A stretch of 64,000 bases of DNA, from positions 19,087 through 83,086 of the forward strand of contig CAYTOA010000008.1 of NCBI GenBank assembly GCA_964439265.1, in the 5' to 3' direction. Below, one piece after another: positions 7,983-16,265 of this stretch. Under the pieces are notes generated by a model. It was not told the DNA's origin. It did no database searches and saw only the letters and a list, made by a program, of their open reading frames with translations. Each line of letters opens with the position of its first letter. The first letter of the stretch is position 1. Made by a program: the position numbers and the translations under genes. This stretch comes from an uncultured Chitinophagaceae bacterium (GTDB lineage: Bacteria > Bacteroidota > Ignavibacteria > UBA10030 > UBA8401).

Positions 7983-9626
7983 TTACTTTATCTTTGGTCC
8001 CGCCTCGATAACTTCTTTCGGACAACCATCCTCAAACTTCTTGAAGTTCTCGATAAAACGCGACGCCAACTGTTTGTATTTTGCCAGATGGTTTTCTTTA
8101 CTCGGCCACGAACCGGCTGGATCGAGCACATTGGCCGGGACACCTTCGCAGCTCGTGGGGACTTCAAAGCCGAAGACCGGGTCCTTGGAGAATTTTGCCT
8201 TTTGTAACTCGCCGGTAAGGGCCGCATTGAGGAGCGCGCGCGTATGGCCGATGCTGATCCTTTTTCCGATCCCGAACGGCCCGCCGATCCAGCCGGTATT
8301 GACCAGCCAGCACGTTACACCATGCTTCAATATTTTACGTTTCAGCAGGTCCGCGTAAAACGAGGGATGATGCACCATGAACGGCGCACCGAAGCATGTG
8401 CTAAACGTCATTTCCGGTTCCTTGCCAAGCCCGACTTCGGTCCCTGCGATCTTCGACGTGTATCCCGAGATAAACTGATACATCGCCTGATTCGGAGTGA
8501 GCCGTGCAATCGGCGGCATGACGCCAGAAGCGTCGCACGTCAACAAAATGATATTCTTCGGATGCCCTCCCATTTTTTCGGGAACGGCATTCGAGATATA
8601 CTCGAGCGGGTATGACGCGCGCGTGTTTTCGGTGATCGACTCATCGTCGAGGTCGATCAGCCGCGTGACAGGGTCGTAAACGACGTTTTCGAGGATTGTC
8701 CCGAACATTCTCGTTGTTGCGTAGATCTGCGGTTCGGCGGATGCTGAGAGCCGGATCACCTTAGCATAGCATCCTCCCTCAAAATTGAAGACTCCTTCGT
8801 CGCTCCATCCGTGCTCGTCATCGCCGATGAGGCTTCGCTTGGGGTCGGCAGAGAGCGTTGTTTTTCCCGTTCCGGACAAGCCGAAGAATATGGCCGCATC
8901 GCCGTCCTTGCCGATGTTGGCGGAACTGTGCATCGCCATGACACCCTGCAGCGGCAGAAGATAGTTGAGAATGGTGAAGATCGATTTTTTAATTTCGCCC
9001 GCGTACGCCGTGTTTCCGATAATGCACAGACGCTGCGCAAAGTTGAGCGCGATAAACGTGTTCGTCGGCGTCCCGTCGATTTGTGGTATTCCCTTAAATC
9101 CCGGGAGAGCAATAACAGTAAAGTCGGGTACATGCCGGCGATATTCTTCATTCGTCTGGGGGAGAATAAACATATTTCGCGCGAACATCGCATGCCATGC
9201 ATACTCGCTGATGATACGGATCGGCATCCGGTAATTCGGGTCGGCGCCGCCGTAGCAATCCTGCACGAAGACGTCTCTTCCCTGCAAAAATCCCTGCATC
9301 CGATTGAACAGGTCGTTGAATTTGTCGGCGCTGAACGGGCGGTTGTACTGACCCCACCAGATCTTGTCCTCGGTGGACGGTTCTTTAACGATGAATTTGT
9401 CGTTGGCCGACCGGGCAGTATGCTTTCCCGTGTTGGCAACGATCGGTCCGAGATGTGAAATTTTCGCCTCTCGCCGGAAGGTAATCTCCTCAACCAACGC
9501 TTCCGTCGGCAAATTCCAGTACGCCATACGCAAGTTCTCGATGCCATGGTTGGCGAGCCCATAATCGCTCTTCAACACGGCCGCTTCGCTTTGAGCAGGT
9601 GTTTTAATGTCTAAGATGTTGTTCAT
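7983..9626 (-). CDS. pckA: phosphoenolpyruvate carboxykinase (ATP)
   Basis: 547 aa; TGKHTARSANDKFIV, the kinase-1a loop FFGLSGTGKTTLSADP and IGDDEHGW fit the ATP-dependent PEPCK family. Confidence 0.95.
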   Translation of the reverse strand: MNNILDIKTPAQSEAAVLKSDYGLANHGIENLRMAYWNLPTEALVEEITFRREAKISHLGPIVANTGKHTARSANDKFIVKEPSTEDKIWWGQYNRPFSADKFNDLFNRMQGFLQGRDVFVQDCYGGADPNYRMPIRIISEYAWHAMFARNMFILPQTNEEYRRHVPDFTVIALPGFKGIPQIDGTPTNTFIALNFAQRLCIIGNTAYAGEIKKSIFTILNYLLPLQGVMAMHSSANIGKDGDAAIFFGLSGTGKTTLSADPKRSLIGDDEHGWSDEGVFNFEGGCYAKVIRLSASAEPQIYATTRMFGTILENVVYDPVTRLIDLDDESITENTRASYPLEYISNAVPEKMGGHPKNIILLTCDASGVMPPIARLTPNQAMYQFISGYTSKIAGTEVGLGKEPEMTFSTCFGAPFMVHHPSFYADLLKRKILKHGVTCWLVNTGWIGGPFGIGKRISIGHTRALLNAALTGELQKAKFSKDPVFGFEVPTSCEGVPANVLDPAGSWPSKENHLAKYKQLASRFIENFKKFEDGCPKEVIEAGPKIK

Positions 9627-10840
9627 AGCCAGTCCCTCACAAGTTTACGGTCGCCAATGTAGATTTCGTTTGGTGAAGATGGATCGAGCGCCCACTTTAT
9701 GCGCGCAACGCCTTCAGTAATGTCTTTGATCGAGCCTGCATAACTGAGACGCAGATGCCCCTCCATACCGAATTCTTTTCCCGGCACCGTAACAACAAGG
9801 GCTTTTTTCAAAAGGAGCTGTGAGAGATCCACCGATTTATTATAGTATGCGCGAAAATCCGGAAGGCAATAGTATGTTCCGTTCGGTTTTGTACATTTCA
9901 CTCCGGTGAAAGACTGGAGTTCCTGCATCATGACGTTGCGGTTGTTCTCCAACGTCATGCGGAGACTTTCAGTAACGCTTTGCAGTCCCGTCATTGCTCC
10001 TTCAGCAGCAGCTTGCAGCAGCACCGAAGTGCATGACGTGATTTGTCCCTGAACGTTCGACATGATCCCGACGAGTTCCCTGCTTGCAATCGTCCAGCCA
10101 ATTCTGAAACCGGTCATCCCGTAGAGTTTTGAAACACCGTTGACGACGATGACGTGCGTCGATTCGATATCTTTCTTCGTGTACTTATAGCTAACGGGAA
10201 CGGTCTTACCGTCAAAAACCAGCTTGTGATAAATGTCATCCATGATGACATAGATTCCCTTTGCCTCGCAGAACTCCACAATTTGCGAGATAAATTCCTC
10301 GGAATAGACGACTCCTGAAGGATTGTTGGGACTGTTGACGATGATCGCCTTCGTATACGAACTGACTGCTTTCCGAACGTCTTCCATTCTCGGATAGAAT
10401 CCGCCGTCCTCGGGCGTAACGATAACCGGCACGCCGTAGACCATCTTCACCATATCCGGGTAGCTGACCCAGTACGGTGCGAGAATGATAACTTCATCCT
10501 GCGGATTGACGATCGAGTAGAGAACGTTGAATACCGATTGCTTGGCTCCAGAAGAAACAATGACATTTTCCGGTGCGACGACTTTATCGTAGTTCTCTTC
10601 AGTGTATCGAATGACTGCCTTCTTAAGCGATGGGATGCCGTCAGTAGGCGTGTACTTGATATCGGCCGCGTTAAGCTTGGCGGCGGCGCTGAGAATAGCG
10701 TTGATCGGAGCCTTATTCTTCGGTTCCCCGGCACCAAGGTGAATCACTGCTTCTCCTTTTTCCCGTAATACTCTCGCCTCTTCGTTCAACTTCAACGTCG
10801 GAGACTCAGCGATCGATTTAGCTAGCTGACTGACGCTCAT
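9623..10840 (-). CDS. PLP-dependent aminotransferase class I (second aspartate aminotransferase-like paralog)
   Basis: LGAGEPKNKAP, APYWVSYPD, NSPNNPSG, NGVSKLYGMTGFRIGW. The ATG at 10840 has a GGAGG 9 nt upstream and is preferred over the ORF-track start at 10909. The stop overlaps the pckA start (ATGA). Confidence 0.85.
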   Translation of the reverse strand: MSVSQLAKSIAESPTLKLNEEARVLREKGEAVIHLGAGEPKNKAPINAILSAAAKLNAADIKYTPTDGIPSLKKAVIRYTEENYDKVVAPENVIVSSGAKQSVFNVLYSIVNPQDEVIILAPYWVSYPDMVKMVYGVPVIVTPEDGGFYPRMEDVRKAVSSYTKAIIVNSPNNPSGVVYSEEFISQIVEFCEAKGIYVIMDDIYHKLVFDGKTVPVSYKYTKKDIESTHVIVVNGVSKLYGMTGFRIGWTIASRELVGIMSNVQGQITSCTSVLLQAAAEGAMTGLQSVTESLRMTLENNRNVMMQELQSFTGVKCTKPNGTYYCLPDFRAYYNKSVDLSQLLLKKALVVTVPGKEFGMEGHLRLSYAGSIKDITEGVARIKWALDPSSPNEIYIGDRKLVRDWL

Positions 10841-11209
10841 AGTATGAAACCTCCATGATGAGAAAGATATGAGTGGACCAAGGGTAGCTCTGCTCAAAAC
10901 GTATGCCAAGGTTGACTGGTCAGACCTGCTCTGGTTGCACCCTGACTGCAGATTGAGGCGTGCGATTACACGGATTCACACAGGTTTTTGTACAGATCGA
11001 TATTCTCGATTTTCTAAGCGCCAAAGCAAGCGCCTTTGTTCTCAACTCTGCGAAGATACGGCGAGAATTGTTGGCAGAAGTAATAAAAATGGAACGTGGC
11101 TTTCAATATTACTTGACGAGAAGCAAGTCAAAACCATTTATTGCCTGAATAATATAAGCTGCCTCAACCAACGTCTTAACTTTTCAATAGTTGTGAAACA
11201 TCCCAAGCG

Positions 11210-12967
11210 TCACTTCAACAGAAGCATCCTCCTCACCGCTGTGAACCTGTATGTGGGATCATTGACCGACACTGCCTCAATCCGGTAGAAATACATTCCG
11301 CTTGGAACCGCTGCGTTCCATACCACCTCGCGATACCCAGCCGGCTGTTCCCCGCTAACCAATTCTGTGGTCAATTGCCCCAGGACGTTGAATACCCTGA
11401 TCCGCACGGTGCTTCGGTATGGGAGCGAGTACTGAATAAGCGTCGAAGGATTAAACGGATTAGGATAATTCTGGCTCAGGCCGAATTGATCGGGCAATCC
11501 CGTCTGCGAGAATTCCACCCCGGTTAATGACTGACCGCTTCCGTCCACCATCAATGTATCAGGGGATGTGGCTGAGTTGCTCACGATGAAAATCTGCGCA
11601 AGAACTGGGCCGATTGACGATGGAGAGAAGATGAGGGTGTCGGTAAACGATTGACCGGGAGGGAGGATGTGTCCGGATGGTCTCGCGCTAAAGGCAACTG
11701 ATGCGGATGTAACGCTAATGATCTTCAGCGTGTCCCCGCCGTTGTTGGTGATGGTGAGTGTTGTGTCCTTCGATTGACCGATTTTCACATTTCCGAACGA
11801 AATAGAATGAGTCAATAAATGTAGCTCTGCACTCGTTCCGATTCCGCTTACATATATTGTGTCTGGGGATAAGTCTGCATTGCTGGTAACAATAAACCAC
11901 CCGCTCACAGAACCTGGCACCGCCGGAGAAAACTGCAGTGTGTCAACAAGCGATTGCCCCGGCGGGAGGTTTGCGGATGTGGTCAGAACTGAAAAAGGGG
12001 TTCCCGACGAAGCAATGTTGGAGATGTTGAGAATATTCACTCCGCTGTTCACTATTGTAAACGGGATATTTTGGGAATTTCCCGGAATAACTTGGCCACA
12101 TTCTACACTCCTGGACGGTGTACCGGAAGGGGTTAAGGTAAAAGTATTGGAAACAATTCCCGCATCAATGGCCGCAGTGTACCACAAGTTCGCCAAGTCG
12201 ACCGTCGCGTCCTGAATCTGATTTTGCGTTAACGGGCCGGTCTTTCCCCAGAGTGCGGAATAGTAAGAGCTCTTATACGCGGGGTCGATCGCCTTCGCAT
12301 AGTTATCGCCCTTAAGGATTGAATCGACAAGGCTGTTGCCATGCATAATAAATACAAAATTTGTATCAATCGGCACAGGGATGAAGTGCGCTTGTTTCGC
12401 AGTCACAGTAACCTGGCTTAAATAATTATAATTCGCCAGCATCGTCGATTCGTAACGGCTGTGAATCCCATTGTTGCCCGTCTCTCCGCCATCGTAGTTT
12501 GCCGTTACATGAAGGGGTTGATGAGCATCGCCGACGTAATGCCCCAGGTCCGCCGCAAATTGTAGTGCCCTCGCCGAGTCCCCTCTTCGTAGACAGTTCG
12601 TCAGCGAATCAAAAGACCAGATAATAGACCACGGAACAACGCCGGCGTTCGTCACGAACGCCTGTCCGTGCTTTGCTACGAGCGTGTCATAGTTATGGGA
12701 CAATGTTCGGGTTGAAAACTCGGGGTAGTTTTCAATGTCGATGAAATGTTTGGGTGCCTCCGTCGGGTCGCTGCTCTTACGATTGTCAGCGTCGACTGCG
12801 TGGTCGCTTAACCATTGAATGTTATTTGCAAAGAACGGAAACCCCGTCGGCAGATGTATGGCTGCCTCCTTGTTGATGAATTTATGTGTCGGCCCTCCCC
12901 AGCTCCAAGCGAAAGAATAACAAAAAACAATTACCCCGGCAGCACAAAGAATCCTTCGGGCCATCAC
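11210..12967 (-). CDS. secreted S1/P1-type zinc nuclease fused to two choice-of-anchor-D/ASH-like beta domains and a T9SS C-terminal sorting domain
   Basis: Signal peptide, then WGGPTH (N-terminal Trp ligand), HFIDIENY and LGHYVGDAHQPLHV (S1/P1 motifs). Two repeats of the ~100-aa FGNV.IG....L.I.N.G...L.I module. C-terminal NYPNPFNPSTLIQYSLP...VFNVLGQ. Confidence 0.7.
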   Translation of the reverse strand: MMARRILCAAGVIVFCYSFAWSWGGPTHKFINKEAAIHLPTGFPFFANNIQWLSDHAVDADNRKSSDPTEAPKHFIDIENYPEFSTRTLSHNYDTLVAKHGQAFVTNAGVVPWSIIWSFDSLTNCLRRGDSARALQFAADLGHYVGDAHQPLHVTANYDGGETGNNGIHSRYESTMLANYNYLSQVTVTAKQAHFIPVPIDTNFVFIMHGNSLVDSILKGDNYAKAIDPAYKSSYYSALWGKTGPLTQNQIQDATVDLANLWYTAAIDAGIVSNTFTLTPSGTPSRSVECGQVIPGNSQNIPFTIVNSGVNILNISNIASSGTPFSVLTTSANLPPGQSLVDTLQFSPAVPGSVSGWFIVTSNADLSPDTIYVSGIGTSAELHLLTHSISFGNVKIGQSKDTTLTITNNGGDTLKIISVTSASVAFSARPSGHILPPGQSFTDTLIFSPSSIGPVLAQIFIVSNSATSPDTLMVDGSGQSLTGVEFSQTGLPDQFGLSQNYPNPFNPSTLIQYSLPYRSTVRIRVFNVLGQLTTELVSGEQPAGYREVVWNAAVPSGMYFYRIEAVSVNDPTYRFTAVRRMLLLK

Positions 12968-13053
12968 AATCCTTTTCTATAATTGATATATCCATAATGT
13001 GAATTCGAGCATGCAGATTCATCGACACAGAAAAACTGCCGATTCGTTGTTCA

Positions 13054-14136
13054 CTACTTTGCGACGCGAAAACCTTTTGCGCGGAGTGATTTTGCTGCCA
13101 AGCGTGCTGTTTCGCCCGATTCGAACGACAGGCGAAAAGTCCCTCCCTGTCCTTCACGTACTTTCAATAATTCAATATCGTTGATATTGATCCCCGATCG
13201 GAACAACGTTGTCGTCATGGTTGAAAGCGTACCCGGTTTGTCATCGACCCATACAAAAAGATCATGAAGGGAATGAAGGAAACCCTTTGTGTTCTTCGGG
13301 ATCGAATCGCGGAATGATTTCGCGCGGAGAAACTTTTTACCGACATCGGACAATGAGCGTTGGTTCAGCCTTTTGCGGAATTGTCGAAGGAGTTTCTCGA
13401 ACTCCTGCAGCGCTCGTTTCGTTTCTTTCCTGTTGTTGGAAAGGATGTCTTTCCACACAGGGAACGGGCTCGACGCTATCCGTGTCATGTCCCGGAACCC
13501 GCCGGCGGCAAGCTGCAGGAATGCAGGGTTGCCTTTGTTCTTCCGTGATGCACTGTCCATCAAACCTACTGCGAGAAGTTGGGGGAGATGGCTGATTGCA
13601 GCAGCGACACGGTCGTGCTCGCGAGCATCCATCGTCAATACCCTCGCGCCGATCGACTTCAGAAGCGCAGCCAGCAGCCGGGTCTCTTTCGCCCGGCCGC
13701 GCGGAGGACAGAGAACATAGACGGCATTTTGGAAGAGGAGTGCGTCGGCGTATTCAATACCGCTTCCCTCCGACCCCGCCATCGGGTGCCCACCGATGAA
13801 TATCCCCCGCGATCTAAAATATCTCTTCGCACTGGCCTGCACCACTCCTTTTACACTTCCGACATCGCTGACAATCGTCGTGGAGGATATAAACCGGGAA
13901 ACATCGGAAAGAAGCTTTAAGATAGAATCAACGGGTGTACATAAAAAGACAATTTCTGCATCGGACACGGCGGCTCGAAGCGACGGTGCGGCGACATCTA
14001 TTGCCTTTCGCTTCTTCGCGCGGCGCAACACTCCTGGGGAATCGAATCCAACGATGGTGTTTCCGGAATCAGTCTGCTTGATCGCGAGCCCCAGCGAACC
14101 GCCGATAACACCGAGACCGATGATGGCTATTTTCAT
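13054..14136 (-). CDS. tyrA: prephenate dehydrogenase with C-terminal ACT domain
   Basis: MKIAIIGLGVIGGSLG Rossmann motif, GGHPMAGSE catalytic motif, ACT-like tail. ATG at 14136 is preferred to the TTG at 14148. Confidence 0.85.
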   Translation of the reverse strand: MKIAIIGLGVIGGSLGLAIKQTDSGNTIVGFDSPGVLRRAKKRKAIDVAAPSLRAAVSDAEIVFLCTPVDSILKLLSDVSRFISSTTIVSDVGSVKGVVQASAKRYFRSRGIFIGGHPMAGSEGSGIEYADALLFQNAVYVLCPPRGRAKETRLLAALLKSIGARVLTMDAREHDRVAAAISHLPQLLAVGLMDSASRKNKGNPAFLQLAAGGFRDMTRIASSPFPVWKDILSNNRKETKRALQEFEKLLRQFRKRLNQRSLSDVGKKFLRAKSFRDSIPKNTKGFLHSLHDLFVWVDDKPGTLSTMTTTLFRSGININDIELLKVREGQGGTFRLSFESGETARLAAKSLRAKGFRVAK

Positions 14137-14138
14137 AT

Positions 14139-14250
14139 CAATTAACAATCATCAATGAACAATGAACATGGGGAGTGAACAGTAAACAGTAATCATTAAC
14201 TCTACTCTGAATTCCTAATTCATAATTCTTAATTCATAATTCTTAATTGC
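14139..14250 (-). repeat. heptanucleotide tandem array filling the whole DAHP synthase-tyrA spacer (16 heptamers in one register)
   Basis: Plus strand reads CAATTAA CAATCAT CAATGAA CAATGAA CATGGGG AGTGAAC AGTAAAC AGTAATC ATTAACT CTACTCT GAATTCC TAATTCA TAATTCT TAATTCA TAATTCT TAATTGC. Confidence 0.85.
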
Positions 14251-14252
14251 CT

Positions 14253-15269
14253 CTACGCTATGCTTCTTCCGATCGCTTCTGCGATAATGCGCACCTGCGT
14301 CATTAATTCGTCGAACTGCTCTGGAAAAAGCGATTGTGCCCCGTCAGATTTTGCATGATCGGGATCGTTGTGAACTTCAACCATGATGGCATCGGCGCCT
14401 GCGGCCACCGCTGCACGCGCCATCGGTATCACCTTATCCCGGATGCCGACTCCGTGCGACGGGTCCGCAACAACGGGCAGATGGCTTTTAGCGTGGATCA
14501 CCGGTATTGCGCTGATGTCCATCGTGTTTCGTGTCGCGGTTTCGAAGGTGCGAATGCCGCGCTCGCACATGATCACCTGCTTGTTCCCTCCTGACAAGAT
14601 ATACTCCGCCGACATCAACCACTCCTCGATCGTCGCAGCCAAACCGCGTTTCAGCATCACAGGCGTCCGCGATTTTCCAAGTTCTTTCAAGAAAGTAAAA
14701 TTCTGCATGTTGCGCGCGCCGATCTGAAGGACGTCGGCATAGTTCTCAACAAGCTCTATCTGGTTCGAATCCATCACTTCGGTGATGACAAGCAATCCGA
14801 ACTCGTCAGCTGCGCGGCGCATCAGCTTCAGTCCTTCCTCGCCCATGCCCTGGAACGAATACGGCGATGAACGCGGCTTGAATCCTCCCCCCCGTAGAAA
14901 CTTCGCCCCGTGCGCCGCGACATGCTTGGCGATAGTGAAAATTTGTGCCTCGCTCTCGATCGAACAGGGACCGGCCATCATGACCACTTCCTTCCCCCCT
15001 ATTTTCACCCCTTTGATGTCGAAGACTGAATTCTCCGGATGGAACGATCTGCTCGCAAGTTTGAACGGATCGGTAATCCTGTACACATGTGCAACACCCG
15101 GCAGAAGTTCAAGCTGCCGCGTATCGAAATCCGGTTTCACCCCTATCGCGCCGAGCACTGTCTGATTGATTCCCGTTGACCGGTGCACGTCAAATCCGAA
15201 ATCATGAAGCACTTTGATGATGCGCTCTACATCTTGTTCTGTGGCGTGCTGCTCGAGTACGACAACCAT
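14253..15269 (-). CDS. 3-deoxy-7-phosphoheptulonate (DAHP) synthase, type I-beta with N-terminal regulatory ferredoxin-like domain
   Basis: 338 aa. N-terminal ~65-aa domain (MVVVLEQHATEQDVERIIKVL...), then a KDO8P/DAHP-synthase TIM barrel (MAGPCSIES, LRGGGFKPRSSPYSFQG, ADPSH). Confidence 0.85.
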   Translation of the reverse strand: MVVVLEQHATEQDVERIIKVLHDFGFDVHRSTGINQTVLGAIGVKPDFDTRQLELLPGVAHVYRITDPFKLASRSFHPENSVFDIKGVKIGGKEVVMMAGPCSIESEAQIFTIAKHVAAHGAKFLRGGGFKPRSSPYSFQGMGEEGLKLMRRAADEFGLLVITEVMDSNQIELVENYADVLQIGARNMQNFTFLKELGKSRTPVMLKRGLAATIEEWLMSAEYILSGGNKQVIMCERGIRTFETATRNTMDISAIPVIHAKSHLPVVADPSHGVGIRDKVIPMARAAVAAGADAIMVEVHNDPDHAKSDGAQSLFPEQFDELMTQVRIIAEAIGRSIA

Positions 15270-15334
15270 GTGGCATCCTTATGCGATAATTGATTGAATT
15301 TGTTTTTTAAAAGTCTGTAAGAATTCAGGTATCA

Positions 15335-15429
15335 GGAGACAGGAGGCCGCAGTCCGGGCGGAAAGGTGTATTTGTTTCTCTTTCAATGCTGGCCGGATCA
15401 AAATTTCACTTCTTCTGCCTCCTGTCTCC
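15335..15429 (-). promoter_or_regulatory. long-loop hairpin (13-bp perfect arms) between lptB and the DAHP synthase gene
   Basis: GGAGACAGGAGGC at 15335-15347 is the exact reverse complement of GCCTCCTGTCTCC at 15417-15429, with a 69-nt loop. Function unknown. Confidence 0.3.
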
Positions 15430-15449
15430 AGCCTGCCAACCTTCATCTC

Positions 15450-16265
15450 TCATTCGTACCGATCCAATTTAAAACTCTCCCCGAGATAGAGTTTCCTTGC
15501 CTGAGGGTCGTTCGCAAGCGATTCGGCCGACCCCGCTTTAAGTATCCTCCCCTCGAACAATAGATAGGACCTGTCGGTGATAGAAAGAGTCTCGTGCACG
15601 TTGTGGTCCGTAATCAGAACGCCGATGCCGCGAGACCGCAGTCCCGTTACGATCCTCATGATCTCCTCCACTGCGATAGGATCGATACCCGCAAACGGTT
15701 CGTCAAGCAGGATAAATTTAGGGTCGGTGGCGAGCGCACGGGCTATTTCCGTCCTCCGCCGCTCTCCCCCGGAAAGAACGTATCCTTTACTTTTTGACAA
15801 GTGAGTGAGGCCGAATTCTCCGAGCAGTTTGTCGCACCGCGCGTTCTGTTCCGCCGTCGAGAGTTTCGTCATCTGCAGCACTGCGAGGACGTTTTCCCGG
15901 ACGGTCATCGTCCGAAAAACCGACGGCTCCTGCGGAAGATATCCTATGCCGGCATGTGCGCGCTTGTACATAGGCAGGCGTGTAATATCCTTTTCCTCAA
16001 GATAGACATGCCCGCCGTTCGGACGAATCATCCCGACGATCATATAGAATGTGGTCGTTTTTCCTGCGCCGTTCGGACCAAGTAAACCGACAATTTCTCC
16101 CTGCTGCACCTCTACCGAAATATCTTTCACGACAGCCCGTTTTTTGTACAGTTTCAACAAATTTTCGGCGCGAAGAACAATTCGATTACCGCCTGCCGGG
16201 ATTGCAGCGTTCGGCGCTGATTCATCGCCGGGATTCTTTGCGGGGCCGGGTTGTATATCAGTCAT
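15450..16265 (-). CDS. lptB: LPS export ABC transporter ATP-binding protein LptB
   Basis: Walker [10 protein letters not shown], signature LSGGERRR, Walker [13 protein letters not shown]. It sits directly downstream of lptC/lptA-like genes. Confidence 0.9.
   Translation of the reverse strand: MTDIQPGPAKNPGDESAPNAAIPAGGNRIVLRAENLLKLYKKRAVVKDISVEVQQGEIVGLLGPNGAGKTTTFYMIVGMIRPNGGHVYLEEKDITRLPMYKRAHAGIGYLPQEPSVFRTMTVRENVLAVLQMTKLSTAEQNARCDKLLGEFGLTHLSKSKGYVLSGGERRRTEIARALATDPKFILLDEPFAGIDPIAVEEIMRIVTGLRSRGIGVLITDHNVHETLSITDRSYLLFEGRILKAGSAESLANDPQARKLYLGESFKLDRYE

Noticed and set aside
7443-8011. ORFs 7443-7712 (-) and 7820-8011 (+), and the possibility of a CRISPR array in the repeat field.
   Set aside because: The ORFs are translations of palindromic repeats (…VPNRRLGTR…-type strings). 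The repeat spacing is irregular (85, 80, 173 and 42 nt), the repeats are strong palindromes, and no cas genes are nearby. A REP-like interpretation fits better.
8756-9562. A 268-aa same-strand alternative-frame ORF inside pckA.
   Set aside because: The translation is Arg/Ser/Thr/Cys-rich and low-complexity. It is fully contained in a gene with unambiguous PEPCK motifs, and there is no independent start context.
10841-10909. N-terminal extension of the second aminotransferase. Similar ORF-track extensions occur for tyrA (to 14148), gmd (to 49452), the rmd-like gene (to 50456), the dehydrogenase (to 47281), lptC (to 18159) and the giant protein (to 62137).
   Set aside because: The internal ATGs align with the conserved family N-termini or with signal peptides. 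Where I checked, they also have better ribosome-binding contexts.
14170-14194. Reading the GGGGAGTG + AGTRAAC words in the DAHP synthase-tyrA spacer as an empty site left by excision of a four-helix-bundle gene.
   Set aside because: The GGGGAGTG string is in the opposite relative orientation to its counterpart at the four-helix-bundle locus, so a simple excision footprint does not fit. I report it only as shared vocabulary.
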